From: Thermodesulfobacteriota bacterium
GTDB lineage: Bacteria > Desulfobacterota > BSN033 > UBA1163
Length of the DNA: 64,000 nt
Reading direction: 5' to 3'
Assembly (NCBI GenBank): GCA_047519465.1
Contig: JAPVTA010000227.1
Span: 5,687-69,686, forward strand
Positions 8,471 to 18,400 of this stretch are shown here, in pieces. Numbering within the stretch: position 1 is the first letter of the stretch; the number at the start of each line of letters is the position of its first letter. Under the pieces are notes generated by a model. It saw only the letters and a program-made list of their open reading frames with translations, was not told the origin of the DNA and made no database searches. The position numbers were made by a program, and so were the translations under genes.

Positions 8471-9565
8471 TCATTGTCTAATGCTCAACAACGTTAGAAT
8501 TCCAGCCAGCCCAAAAAGGACCGTAGGGATCCAACAAGCAAGAAAAGGGGAGAGAACCCCCGATTTTCCGAAGGAAACAAAGACATAAAAAATGACGCCG
8601 TAGGCAAAGCCGATCATCACGCTGCTCCCTATACTCAAGGCTACCCCGCCGGACCGGCTGGTTTTCAACGCAAAGGGGATACCGATCAGGACCATGATCA
8701 GGTTTAAGAGAGGCGTAGAAAGCTTGGAATAAAGATCAACAAGATATCGGGTTGCATCGTAGCCTGAGGCTTGGATCTTCTGGATGTAGGTCCAGAGTTC
8801 TCCATAACTCATCTCTTCGGAGTTTCGGCCGATTCTTCGCAAGGACTCCCAGTCCTCCCCCAAATTGAATTCCGTTTTGTCAAAAGGAGTCACCTGGGTG
8901 GAGCCGTCCTCTCGAAACTCGCGTATGGTTCCGTCATAGAACCACCATCCGCCTTTCACCCATTTGACCTGGGGGGCATCAACGCGTTTGACACATCGAA
9001 AGTGGTCATCAAATTCATAAAGGGTGAAACCGCTCAGGACCTTGCTGTATGGGTCGAGCAGTTGGATGTTCAAGATGCGGTTCTCGCTGCGATACCATAT
9101 TTTATAATTCTTAAAAAAAATGGCCGGCTTTTCTTTTCGAACCCGAACATCCAGGAGATATCGGGTTTTTTGGTAGGTGACAGGAACGAGGTATTCGTTC
9201 CCCAGGAAGGAAAAGAAACTGATGATCAGAGCAATGATAAGTAATGGGAACGTAATCCGGTAAAGGCTGACGCCCCCTGCTTTCATGGCTGTGATCTCAC
9301 TATTTCGGGAGAAGCTGCTGAGAGTGAGAAGGGTCGCCAGTAGGATCGCGTAAGGAAGGGTCCATTGGAAAATGACCTCCGGGATCTTGTATAGGAGATA
9401 GACAAAGATCAAGTGGAATGGAGCGTTATACTGGCTGAAGAGGTTCATTTTTTGGAAAAACAGAACGACGACATAAATGAGGACCAGGCTGCTCAGACTC
9501 AAGCCAAATATCTTCAGAAACTCGCGGACGACATAGCGATGGAGTGTCCTATAATGATCAAACAT
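8471..9565 (-). CDS. lptG: LPS export ABC permease, YjgP/YjgQ family (LptG-like)
   Basis: Six-TM YjgP/YjgQ topology with a periplasmic beta-jellyroll insert. Second of two tandem paralogues; assignment of LptF vs LptG is by gene order only. Confidence 0.65.
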   Translation of the reverse strand: MFDHYRTLHRYVVREFLKIFGLSLSSLVLIYVVVLFFQKMNLFSQYNAPFHLIFVYLLYKIPEVIFQWTLPYAILLATLLTLSSFSRNSEITAMKAGGVSLYRITFPLLIIALIISFFSFLGNEYLVPVTYQKTRYLLDVRVRKEKPAIFFKNYKIWYRSENRILNIQLLDPYSKVLSGFTLYEFDDHFRCVKRVDAPQVKWVKGGWWFYDGTIREFREDGSTQVTPFDKTEFNLGEDWESLRRIGRNSEEMSYGELWTYIQKIQASGYDATRYLVDLYSKLSTPLLNLIMVLIGIPFALKTSRSGGVALSIGSSVMIGFAYGVIFYVFVSFGKSGVLSPFLACWIPTVLFGLAGILTLLSIRQ

Positions 9566-10739
9566 CGTTAGAAAACTTTCTCCATTTTTTCTGCAACAAA
9601 TCGAGCCCTTCGATCACCCAAACAGCCGGCCTGAAGGGCGACTCATTCGCCGCCTTGATCAGGAGGTAGATACCCAGCCCCCCGAATATAAACGTAGGGG
9701 ACCAACCTGCCAGGAGCGCGGGCACCGCCCTTCTGACAGCGAGCATTTCGAAGGCAATGAGGGAAATATAGTAAGCCAACAAGATGAGAATACTGAAAAC
9801 AAACCCATACGACCTTCCGGAACGCCGGGGTTGAATTCCCAGTGGTACTCCAATGAGACCGAAAACGATACAAGCAAAGGGAATGGCACGCCGTTTGTGG
9901 AGTTCCACCTCTTGAGTAGTAGTATCCTCCCCTTGCGCCTTCATCTTTTCTATCTTTTTCTTAATCTCATCGATCGACATCTCATGTTCCTTAAACTTCC
10001 TTTCAATGTCAGCGATGTTCTTCCCAAATTCGATTTTTAGATCGTAGGCGTCAAATTGCATCCATTGATACGCCTTTGTCCGGGGTTCAAACCGATGGAT
10101 ATTTCCGTTGAGCAGCTTCAATACCACTCCTTGGGACGAGGGATTAGTGATGAGAAAACCTTCTTGAGCAAAGATGGTATTGACGTTCTCCTTGTCTCTT
10201 TCATCGTAAATTAAAATGCCCTCCATTTTTTTCCCTTGAATGGGAACTTTGTCCACATAGACCACGAGGCCCTTGAAACTATCGTTGAAAATGCGCTCCT
10301 TGACTTCAACGTCCGGCTTAGATTGTGCGATAAACGAGAGCGTCGATACGAAGCCACGGTTGCCCCATGGGAGGCCATAAAAGACCAAAAAACTCGTAAT
10401 AAGATAGGCACTAACGGAAAAAATCGCGATCGGCATATAGAGTTGATAGAGACTTATTCCGGAAGCTTTGAAGGCAGTGACTTCGCTATCTCCTGACAGC
10501 CGGCCAAGGGTGAGGAGGATTCCGAGAAGGACGGCTGTGGGGATAGTGAAGGTGAGAAAAGAAGGCGAGATGAACAGGAGGAGCTTTAGGATGACCGTGA
10601 CATTTCCACCCCTATTGATAATCAATTCGATCAGCTTGAAGATCTTATCCATCAGGAGGATAATCGTGAAGGTCATCAGGCCTATGAAAAAAATGGGGAG
10701 AATTTCCTTCCAGACGTAAAGATAAAGGGTTTTTTTCAT
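9558..10739 (-). CDS. lptF: LPS export ABC permease, YjgP/YjgQ family (LptF-like)
   Basis: 'MKKTLYLYVWKEILPIFFIGLMTFTIILL' is a typical LptF/G N-terminus. Overlaps the downstream paralogue by 8 nt. Confidence 0.65.
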   Translation of the reverse strand: MKKTLYLYVWKEILPIFFIGLMTFTIILLMDKIFKLIELIINRGGNVTVILKLLLFISPSFLTFTIPTAVLLGILLTLGRLSGDSEVTAFKASGISLYQLYMPIAIFSVSAYLITSFLVFYGLPWGNRGFVSTLSFIAQSKPDVEVKERIFNDSFKGLVVYVDKVPIQGKKMEGILIYDERDKENVNTIFAQEGFLITNPSSQGVVLKLLNGNIHRFEPRTKAYQWMQFDAYDLKIEFGKNIADIERKFKEHEMSIDEIKKKIEKMKAQGEDTTTQEVELHKRRAIPFACIVFGLIGVPLGIQPRRSGRSYGFVFSILILLAYYISLIAFEMLAVRRAVPALLAGWSPTFIFGGLGIYLLIKAANESPFRPAVWVIEGLDLLQKKWRKFSNDV

Positions 10740-10885
10740 AGAAATTTTGTCACGCGGCACACTTGCTTGCTGGCAGAAAGGACGCGACCATGTTTTCATG
10801 TATTCTACGGGACGGATGGTAGGTTGTCAAGGAAGGTATTGAAAAGCTTGACAAATTATCGTGAATGGATTAGAAATGATTAGAT

Positions 10886-10946
<61 letters not shown>

Positions 10947-10962
<16 letters not shown>

Positions 10963-12071
10963 AACACATCAAGGGGTTGCGAACCGGCAGCCCCTTTCTC
11001 ATTTCCGGAACTGTCCAAAAAGTGTCCATCCCAGAAGGAAAGAAAGGCCGAACCGTCGCTTCGCGTCAGATTTGGAATGAATTTCGCGTACCGCTTAAAG
11101 AGCATCTCCGTCGAAGCGTGCCCCATCATCTGAGCCACCCAGTTCGGATTCTCACCCGATGAAAGCATGAGCGTTGCAAAAGTGTGACGGATCTGATACA
11201 TCGTCCGATCTCTCAGGCCGGCTTTCTTCAAGGTAGGGTACCACACCCTGTTTCTCAGGTTGTCGTTGTCCAAAGGTGTGGCGTTCTTTGTCACGAAGAC
11301 ATATTCTCCCAAAAAGAAGGTCTTTGCCTTTTGATCGAGAAGGACTTTTTTGACGGGAGGAAGCATGTCGATCTCCCGGTAGCTCGACTCGGTCTTGGGG
11401 CTTGATTCGATCCCGTGGACACGGCCTTCGCGGACGCTGATCTTTCCTAAGATGAGGTCGACGTTTTTCCACTTAAGGGCGATCAACTCGTTGGGTCTCA
11501 TTCCAGTTAGAAAAGCTGTGACAAAGTAGTTGAAAGAGTCGCGGTCAACCTTCCTGAGGAACCTCTTGACCTCGTCAAAACTGAGCGGGAAGATCTCCGG
11601 CTTGGGCTCCTTGAGCCTCTTGACGAACTGACAGGGGTTCTCCTTGATTTCCTTTCTCCGGTAGGCCGTTTTGAAGAGGGTTTTGAGAGGAACCATGATG
11701 TTGTTGATCCGTTTGGGGCTGAGATGGCCAAGGGTTGAAATAAAGCGCTCGATGTCTGCCTCCATGATCCTTGAGAGAACCATCTCGCCGAAGTAGGGAT
11801 TGAGGTAACTTCTGAAGATAGAGAGATCATCCCGCAGGCTAGAAGATTTCACACGAAGCTTTCTCTGTTTGAGCCACTCCTCGGCGTGATCCTTGAACCG
11901 GATCTTTCTTTCTTCGAAGATTCCGAGAAACTCGCCCTTGGCCTTCTTGACCTCAAGATCTTTCAAGACCAGAAAAGCAAGCTCCTTCGAGGGGCCGACC
12001 TTTTTTCGTCGCCTCTTTCCGTTGATCCGAAGATCGATAAACCAGTGTCTTCCGTGTTTGAAGATTCCCAT
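10947..12071 (-). CDS. int: Tyrosine site-specific integrase (phage integrase family)
   Basis: Catalytic region 'IRHTFATLMLSSGENPNWVAQMMGHASTEMLFKRYAKF' (HxxR ... Y); N-terminal arm-binding/SAM-like domain. The 3' end overlaps the tRNA/att core. Confidence 0.85.
11012..11030 (+). promoter_or_regulatory. 19-bp motif TGTCCAAAAAGTGTCCATC (candidate recombinase/Xis arm-type site), left copy
   Basis: 18 of 19 bases identical to 33547-33565 (TGTCCATAAAGTGTCCATC), in the same orientation, each just inside an island end. Confidence 0.35.
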
Positions 12072-12189
12072 CTTGGGCTCCTTTCAGCCCGGTGGACTGA
12101 AAGGACACCAGATAGATTCCACCCCGTATTCTCTTGTCAAAGAACAATGATTAAGAATACGGGTACCAGGAATCCATCTGAAAGTCAAG

Positions 12190-12414
12190 TTACAAATTGG
12201 CGGACGGCTTTCTACTTGGACGTCCTTCAAAGGAGAATCGCTTTAACCACGCTTCGATTGATGAGGGTCGAAAGCGAATGCAGCGACCCAGCTTTAGAAA
12301 TGGGATGCGCCGCTCGTGGACCCACTTTCTTATGGTCGATTTCTTGACTCCGATAAGATCGCTTAATCCAGGGACGTTGAGAAGTTTTTCTGCTGGTGAT
12401 GGTTCAGTTTTCAT
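12190..12414 (-). CDS. AlpA/excisionase-family HTH DNA-binding protein
   Basis: 74 aa with 'LIGVKKSTIRKWVHERRIPFLKLGRCIRF' (AlpA/Xis-type winged HTH), directly upstream of and co-directional with int. Confidence 0.7.
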   Translation of the reverse strand: MKTEPSPAEKLLNVPGLSDLIGVKKSTIRKWVHERRIPFLKLGRCIRFRPSSIEAWLKRFSFEGRPSRKPSANL

Positions 12415-12494
12415 CTTGACTCCCTCGGTTTCTTTGATTATGTAAGATCATACTCCTGGGGGATAATTTTTGGGAAGGAGAGTAGGAAGCTAGG

Positions 12495-13364
12495 ATGGCA
12501 AAAAACTATGGGGAGAAAATGGCTATTTCCGGTGGGCTTATTGTGACAGAAGAGAGGTCGGTGGAAACACTCTTATCTCTGGGAGAGGAAGCTTTCCTTA
12601 TTAGACTGACCATGTCTCCTTATCTCTTTGAGTTTGAGAAAGTCAAAGAAAGGGTGAAAGAGATCAGCGACGACTGGAAAAGGAGGATTGAATTAAAGAA
12701 ATCGAGGAAAAGTTCCTGGGAAAACGTCTTATACCTTGTTCATTTGTTTCCACGGTCATTGGATCTTCGTGAATTTGGCTGGCTCAAGGAGAAGTATTTC
12801 AACATTCTGATGAGAAGACAATGGGACAGTGAATTGGATAAATCTTACTGGGAGACTCTCGAAAAGGTAAGGAAAGATTTTACCCCTACTAAGCCCAAGA
12901 CTCCAGAGAAGAAACTGTTGATAGCAAGAAAGTTCGAATATTACCATAATGCGTGGGGGAGGGGAGAAATATCCAAGAGATCCAGAGAGCTTTTGGAACT
13001 TTATCATTCCTCTGGTACGGAAGAAGAGATTCTGAAGACTCAGTTTTTAAGGAAAATAAAGATTTCACGGGAAATTATGGAGCGGGAATTGGGGAGACTG
13101 GATAGGATATGTGGTGAAGAGATTAGAGATGAGCAGGATTACCTATTCCTGCCGATAATCATCCAAAATGAACTAAGTCTTATCGAAGATAAGAGTGAGA
13201 GGGAACAAGGCCAAAAATTCTGGATCAAGATATGGAAGCCGATATCCAAGAAAGCAGGCAAGCTTAAGCCAGCCTTCATTATGGAGGTGGTCAAGGAGAC
13301 AGGGCTGAGCGAGGAAACAATAAGAAAACTACTTAGAAAAGCAAAGAAAGAACCGATATACTGA
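12495..13364 (+). CDS. Hypothetical Lys/Glu-rich protein with C-terminal HTH-like segment (possible island regulator/replication initiator)
   Basis: No recognisable catalytic motif. C-terminus 'ETGLSEETIRKLLRKAKK' resembles a DNA-binding helix-turn-helix. Followed by an iteron-like/AT-rich region. Confidence 0.35.
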   Translation: MAKNYGEKMAISGGLIVTEERSVETLLSLGEEAFLIRLTMSPYLFEFEKVKERVKEISDDWKRRIELKKSRKSSWENVLYLVHLFPRSLDLREFGWLKEKYFNILMRRQWDSELDKSYWETLEKVRKDFTPTKPKTPEKKLLIARKFEYYHNAWGRGEISKRSRELLELYHSSGTEEEILKTQFLRKIKISREIMERELGRLDRICGEEIRDEQDYLFLPIIIQNELSLIEDKSEREQGQKFWIKIWKPISKKAGKLKPAFIMEVVKETGLSEETIRKLLRKAKKEPIY

Positions 13365-13962
13365 TCAAAACAATGGATGCGTTTGAGTGTTTCCTGTGAC
13401 TTTTGATCCTCGGATATTAGCCAAAACATGTAAAAGGGTCTTCTCCCGTTTCTTTTTCTCTCGGGTAAGTATGATGTTCATCTAATCATTTAATCAAATG
13501 TATGGAGAGGTGGTTGAAAAGATGGAAAATTGAAGAAAATGCATGGAGAAATGAGAAGATTTCCTTGATTCTTCTTATGGATGTATTCAAGATCATCATT
13601 AGAATCTTCTAAATCCTTTAAACAGAATGTCAAGGGTCCTTCTCTTCATAAAGACAAGGCTTCTTAAGGGCATGGTAAGACCCTTTAAAAGATATGGAAC
13701 CTTCAAAGGCCATTTGACAACCTTTCAAGAAGGGATTGAATGGTTTTCTTGACCCCCAAGACCATGTTTTTTCATCACCTTACTTTAAGAAGGTGAAGGT
13801 TACCTCAATACATGCTCCATATTAAGTCCACATGTGTACATGTAAACATCAATGAGTGGTGGAATAAGCAAAAGATTGTCCTCGGTGTTCTTTAGAGATA
13901 TGCCTAATCCCCCGTAAGCACAGCCTCAGGCAAAGGCTTAAGTAAAAGCAAGAGCTTAAACA

Positions 13963-14033
13963 AGCCCTTGAGAAGTCCTTGAAAAGCTCTTGAGAAATCC
14001 TTGAAAAGTCTTTGAGAAGCCCTTAAGAACCTT
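13963..14033. repeat. About six tandem 11-12-bp repeats (consensus CTTGARAAGYC)
   Basis: 'CCCTTGAGAAGT CCTTGAAAAGCT CTTGAGAAATC CTTGAAAAGTC TTTGAGAAGCC CTTAAGAACC' read directly. Lies inside a ~900-bp AT-rich non-coding region. Confidence 0.5.
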
Positions 14034-14109
14034 TTAAAGAGTATTTGTTATCGATTGAATCAAGAGAACTGATTAATCCTCATGACAATCCAAGCAATCT
14101 CCTCATAAA

Positions 14110-14138
14110 TCCACAATAAAATGTTACTTTATTGTGGA
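14110..14138. promoter_or_regulatory. Perfect 11-bp-stem palindrome TCCACAATAAA-ATGTTAC-TTTATTGTGGA
   Basis: Exact inverted repeat with a 7-nt loop, 160 bp upstream of the helicase gene. No clear T-tract, so it is more operator-like than terminator-like. Confidence 0.45.
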
Positions 14139-14299
14139 TTTGAGCTTGCTTTCTATTGATAGAAGCCTTCTCCACCATTTTGCCTAAGAAATGGGCAGAT
14201 TTAACTTTCTAAAATTAATCGAAAAATACAAAGGTAATTGTAAAAGAAGTGACACCGGTTTAGAATTTTATATCTCCTTTAACAAGAAAAAGGTAAAAA

Positions 14300-16465
14300 A
14301 TGTCCGTCATTCACGGTCTTCTCGAAAAGATTTCTTTCCGTAACGAAGAAAATGACTTTGTGGTGGCAAAACTTCGAGAAAAAGAGAAGAAGGATCTGAC
14401 CACCATTGTCGGTAATCTTTCCGGCATCAACCCCGGTGAATCCCTTAAACTGACAGGTCAATGGATACACAATAAGAGATTCGGTGAGCAATTCCAGGTC
14501 GAGAGCTTCGAAGTCACGGTACCGGCTACCCTCTATGGGATTCAGAAATATCTTGCCTCCGGATTGATTCAAGGCATTGGCCCGATCATGTCAGAGAGGA
14601 TTGTCGAAAAGTTCGGGCTTCATACCTTGCAGGTGATCGAAAAGAAACCTGAAAGGCTATCCGAGGTGGAAGGCATCGGTCCTAAACGGATCTCCATGAT
14701 CAGAAAAGCCTGGGTGGAGCAGAAAGAGATCAAAGAGATCATGATCTTTCTGCAGGGCCATGGAGTAGGCGCTGCCTATTCTGCCAAGATCTACAAACAA
14801 TACGGAGATCAGTCGATTGAAATGGTCAAAGAGAATCCTTATCGTTTAGCCAACGACATATACGGGATTGGTTTCGTCACTGCAGACAAGATCGCTCAGA
14901 ATCTTGGAATCGATCGCAATTCCCTGATCCGGGCCAAGGTAGGTCTCACCTATGTCCTGAATCGGCTGACCGAAGATGGCCATGTTTATTATCCCGAAAC
15001 TCGATTGATTCACAAGGCAAGGGAGATCCTCCATGTGGATGAAGAAATCATCCTCCTGACCGTAAAGGAGCTATGCAAAGAGAAGGAGCTCTTTCTGGAA
15101 GACCTCGATCTTGAGGGTGATCTCAGGGCCGCCTATCTTGCCCCCTTCTATGTGGCAGAGACGGGGGTGGCTCAGAGATTAATCCATCTGAAGGAATCTC
15201 CTTCAAGCATCCGGCCCATCCATCCGGAAAAGGCGATCGAATGGGTGCAGCAGAGGCTGAACATCAAACTTGCCGAAAGACAGGAAGAGGCAATTCTTCT
15301 GGCCGCCACTTCAAAGGTGTTGATTATCACTGGCGGCCCTGGAACCGGAAAGACAACGATCATCACAGCCATATTAAGAATCTTCCAGCAATTAAAGCTG
15401 AAGATCCTTCTCGCCGCTCCAACGGGAAGGGCAGCCAAGAGAATGAATGAGGCCACGGGCTGGGAGGCAAAGACCATTCATCGCCTCCTCGAATACTCTC
15501 CCCATAAGGGTGATTTCAAGAAAGACCAGGAAGATCCTCTTGAGGCGGATGTGGTCATCATCGATGAGGCCTCCATGGTCGACACCCTCTTAATGTACCA
15601 TCTCCTGAAAGCCATTCCTTCCCATGCCCACCTGATCCTGGTAGGAGACGTCGATCAACTCCCATCGGTCGGTCCTGGAAATGTCCTGAAGGATATCATC
15701 CGATCAGAAAAGTTTACCGTAGTGAGGCTCTCCGAGATCTTTCGCCAGGCCCAGGAGAGTATGATCGTAGTCAACGCACACAAAGTCAATAAAGGTGAGA
15801 TCCCCGTTCTAAAGGAGATTGACCAACCCGAAAAAACCGACTTTCAATTCATCCAGGAAGAAGATCCGGAGAAGATCCTTCAAAATATCCTGGACCTCTG
15901 CAGCGAGAAGATACCCAGGCAATTCAAGTTTCATCCATTCAGGGAGATCCAGGTCCTGACACCCATGCACAAGGGAACCATTGGTGTCGCCAATCTCAAC
16001 ATCGAGTTACAGAAGAGACTGAACCCCGGTCAGCCGGGCATCACCCACGGAGCCTGGAATTTCAGATCAGGGGATAAGGTGATGCAGATCGTTAACAATT
16101 ATGATAAGGATGTCTTTAACGGGGATATCGGAAGGATCTCAAAGATCGATCCGGAGGAGAGAGAGGTAGTCATCGAATTCGATGGGAGACTGGTCCCTTA
16201 TGACTATTCTGATCTCGATGAAGTTGTGCTGGCCTATGCCATATCCGTCCATAAATCCCAGGGGAGCGAGTACCCGGTCGTGATTCTTCCGGTGGTCACC
16301 CAGCACTATATGCTTCTCCAGAGAAACCTGATCTACACGGGAATCACCCGAGCAAAGAAACTGGTCGTCCTGATCGGAACGAAGAAGGCCCTGGCCATCG
16401 CCATCGGGAATAACAAACCCCAACGAAGGTACACGCTTCTCTCAGAGAGGCTGGCCGCGTCATGA
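14300..16465 (+). CDS. RecD2-like SF1B ATP-dependent DNA helicase (RecD/TraA family) with N-terminal HhH domain
   Basis: Walker A 'GGPGTGKTT', 'LLAAPTGRAAKRM', Walker B 'VVIIDEASMVD', 'LVGDVDQLPSVGPGNVL', C-terminal 'YAISVHKSQGSEYPVVILP' and HhH 'GIGPKRISMI'; 721 aa. Confidence 0.85.
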   Translation: MSVIHGLLEKISFRNEENDFVVAKLREKEKKDLTTIVGNLSGINPGESLKLTGQWIHNKRFGEQFQVESFEVTVPATLYGIQKYLASGLIQGIGPIMSERIVEKFGLHTLQVIEKKPERLSEVEGIGPKRISMIRKAWVEQKEIKEIMIFLQGHGVGAAYSAKIYKQYGDQSIEMVKENPYRLANDIYGIGFVTADKIAQNLGIDRNSLIRAKVGLTYVLNRLTEDGHVYYPETRLIHKAREILHVDEEIILLTVKELCKEKELFLEDLDLEGDLRAAYLAPFYVAETGVAQRLIHLKESPSSIRPIHPEKAIEWVQQRLNIKLAERQEEAILLAATSKVLIITGGPGTGKTTIITAILRIFQQLKLKILLAAPTGRAAKRMNEATGWEAKTIHRLLEYSPHKGDFKKDQEDPLEADVVIIDEASMVDTLLMYHLLKAIPSHAHLILVGDVDQLPSVGPGNVLKDIIRSEKFTVVRLSEIFRQAQESMIVVNAHKVNKGEIPVLKEIDQPEKTDFQFIQEEDPEKILQNILDLCSEKIPRQFKFHPFREIQVLTPMHKGTIGVANLNIELQKRLNPGQPGITHGAWNFRSGDKVMQIVNNYDKDVFNGDIGRISKIDPEEREVVIEFDGRLVPYDYSDLDEVVLAYAISVHKSQGSEYPVVILPVVTQHYMLLQRNLIYTGITRAKKLVVLIGTKKALAIAIGNNKPQRRYTLLSERLAAS

Positions 16466-17370
16466 CTGAGCTGAAGAACGAATTCTCCTGGTCGAAATCC
16501 AGGGATGAGCTGTTTAAGACCTGCCCCAGGCAGTACTGGTTTGCCTATTATGGCTACTGGAACGGATGGCTTGAGAACGCTCCAGAGAGAAGCCGGCAGA
16601 TCTATGTTCTGAAGAACCTCAAGAACAGGCATATGTGGGTGGGGGAAAGGGTCCATGAATGCATTCAAAGATCCCTTAATAATATCCGAAGAGGGATCAA
16701 GGTCCTTTCAGTAGATGAAATTGTGTCCATTACTCTCGACCAAATGAGAGCGGAGTTTCGTTCTTCAAAGTCGAAGAATTATTGGAAGAATCCCAAATCG
16801 TGTGCCTTGTTTGAGCATGAATATGAGGTGGAAGTGAGTGATGAGGAATGGAAAGAGGCTGTGAGTAATGTGGAGACCTGTCTAAAAAATTTCTACGCCT
16901 CGGATATTTATGATGGTTTAAAGTCCCATCGTAAGGAGGGGTGGCTTGAAGTGGAAGAATTCTCTTCCTTTTATCTGGATCATATAAAAATCAATTTAGT
17001 CATCGACTGCGCCATAAAAGAGGGCGAGGGTGTCTATATCTACGATTGGAAGACAGGAAAAAGCCTCTCAGAAGACCTCTCCATCCAATTAGGCTGTTAT
17101 GCCCTTTACGCTATGGAGAAATGGAATCTTTCTCCTGAATCGCTGAGCATTATTGAATATAACCTCTCCATTGATAAGTCCAACTGGTTTTCAGTGAGCC
17201 AGGAAGAAATGAAAGGCATCAAGGGTTACATCAACGGAAGCATCAAAGACATGCAGTCCCTTCTCATCGATGCCTCGAATAATCTCCCCATGGAAGAAGA
17301 CCGGTTCAGTAAGATAGAAGATGAACACATCATCTCCAGATGTAACTATAAAAAAGTCTGCAGAAAATAA
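16462..17370 (+). CDS. PD-(D/E)XK nuclease, Cas4/RecB-like family
   Basis: 'VIDCAIKEGEGVYIYDWKTGK' (D..E..hhDhK core) and 'QLGCYALY' (RecB-family QxxxY motif). Cysteines near both termini ('TCPRQYW', 'CNYKKVC'). Start overlaps the helicase stop (ATGA). Confidence 0.65.
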   Translation: MTELKNEFSWSKSRDELFKTCPRQYWFAYYGYWNGWLENAPERSRQIYVLKNLKNRHMWVGERVHECIQRSLNNIRRGIKVLSVDEIVSITLDQMRAEFRSSKSKNYWKNPKSCALFEHEYEVEVSDEEWKEAVSNVETCLKNFYASDIYDGLKSHRKEGWLEVEEFSSFYLDHIKINLVIDCAIKEGEGVYIYDWKTGKSLSEDLSIQLGCYALYAMEKWNLSPESLSIIEYNLSIDKSNWFSVSQEEMKGIKGYINGSIKDMQSLLIDASNNLPMEEDRFSKIEDEHIISRCNYKKVCRK

Positions 17371-17549
17371 AACCCAATAGTCCTATCTACGGACGAATTC
17401 TCCGCGAAAGAATCCAATCCGTCATGTTTAGAACATTTTTGGTCAATGCTTGACCAGCCAAATTTCTCTGCCGATAAAAAACCTTTTAAATCAAAAGGTT
17501 ATAAACAGCCCCTTCTGGCACAACAAATGCTTGGTATTGTCAACATGAT

Positions 17550-18329
17550 CTATTTCTGATATAGTGAGGCAAAATCCGGTGGGGGATTCAGATATTGAAA
17601 ACTTGTCGGATGAAACCTCACCCATTGATCCTTGAAGATCTGGGCTGCTTTGAATCCAGCCGAAATCATGGCCTCTAAAGGGAGAAGGGTCTTAAGGAAA
17701 GCCGCAAAGGCTATCTTCCTCAGGGCATGGGAATCCCGTATCCTTTCCCAGACCTGATGCTCCTCTTCGGTATCAGAAAGGAGGTAACCCAGAAGAGCCA
17801 GTTGGCTGGAACCCAGTCCATTCTTGGCGAGCCAGAGTATGACATCTTGATCTTTGATGGCCACTGAGAGGAGGTAGACACATTGCTGGAGAAGAGGGAG
17901 ATCCAGGCTATGGAGACGTCCAACCTCTCGAAGTCTATTTGAGAAACGGAAGGTGTAGAACTCTGGAGCACCGTGATGAAGTGCGTGTCCGGTCTCATGG
18001 TGTATTACGGCTTGGACGATTCTCCCATCGACTCCCATCAATCTTTCTTGACAGATGTGGATCCTTGGATAGCCCATCCATGCATCATGGGTAGCCAAAA
18101 AGTCTGTTTCTTCTCCCGTAACAATGCCGAGATTTTTCTTTTCTCTCTGATAGAAGTCCTGATATTTCTCCATCGTTTTCCAGATCGATACGGACAGATA
18201 AGGAGGAGAAGAAGGTGTTTCCTCTATTTCCAGAACCTCGTTCACCCACGTCCTGACCTGGGTCAAGAAGCCCTCGTCTACCTCCTCGTGGGGTACCATT
18301 TGAATTTGTGTGCCCATTCGACAACTCAT
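17550..18329 (-). CDS. Hypothetical protein with HExxH-type motif ('VIHHETGHALHHG'); putative metal-dependent hydrolase
   Basis: His-rich HExxH-like segment; no other recognisable family signature. Confidence 0.35.
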   Translation of the reverse strand: MSCRMGTQIQMVPHEEVDEGFLTQVRTWVNEVLEIEETPSSPPYLSVSIWKTMEKYQDFYQREKKNLGIVTGEETDFLATHDAWMGYPRIHICQERLMGVDGRIVQAVIHHETGHALHHGAPEFYTFRFSNRLREVGRLHSLDLPLLQQCVYLLSVAIKDQDVILWLAKNGLGSSQLALLGYLLSDTEEEHQVWERIRDSHALRKIAFAAFLKTLLPLEAMISAGFKAAQIFKDQWVRFHPTSFQYLNPPPDFASLYQK

Positions 18330-18400
18330 CTCCTTTTATCCAGTCGGGGCACTTAAAGCTCTAAAAACCCATCAGGAGCCAAGCTGGTTGCCAACATCAC

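Noticed and set aside
8771-9244. 157-aa plus-strand ORF inside lptG
   Set aside because: Antisense to a clear YjgP/YjgQ permease gene, with no independent support.
11886-12347. 153-aa plus-strand ORF overlapping the integrase 5' end and the alpA gene in antisense
   Set aside because: It overlaps two well-supported minus-strand genes with no motif of its own, so it is an antisense artefact.
13963-14033. Possible CRISPR array from the short tandem repeats
   Set aside because: Units are 11-12 bp, directly adjacent with no spacers, and no cas genes are nearby. They are iteron-like, not CRISPR.
13365-14299. Small peptides (for example a 21-aa 'MERWLKRWKIEENAWRNEKIS') in the AT-rich island spacer
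   Set aside because: They are very short, with no RBS or conservation signal discernible. The region is better explained as regulatory or ori-like DNA, although a small toxin or ncRNA cannot be excluded without expression data.
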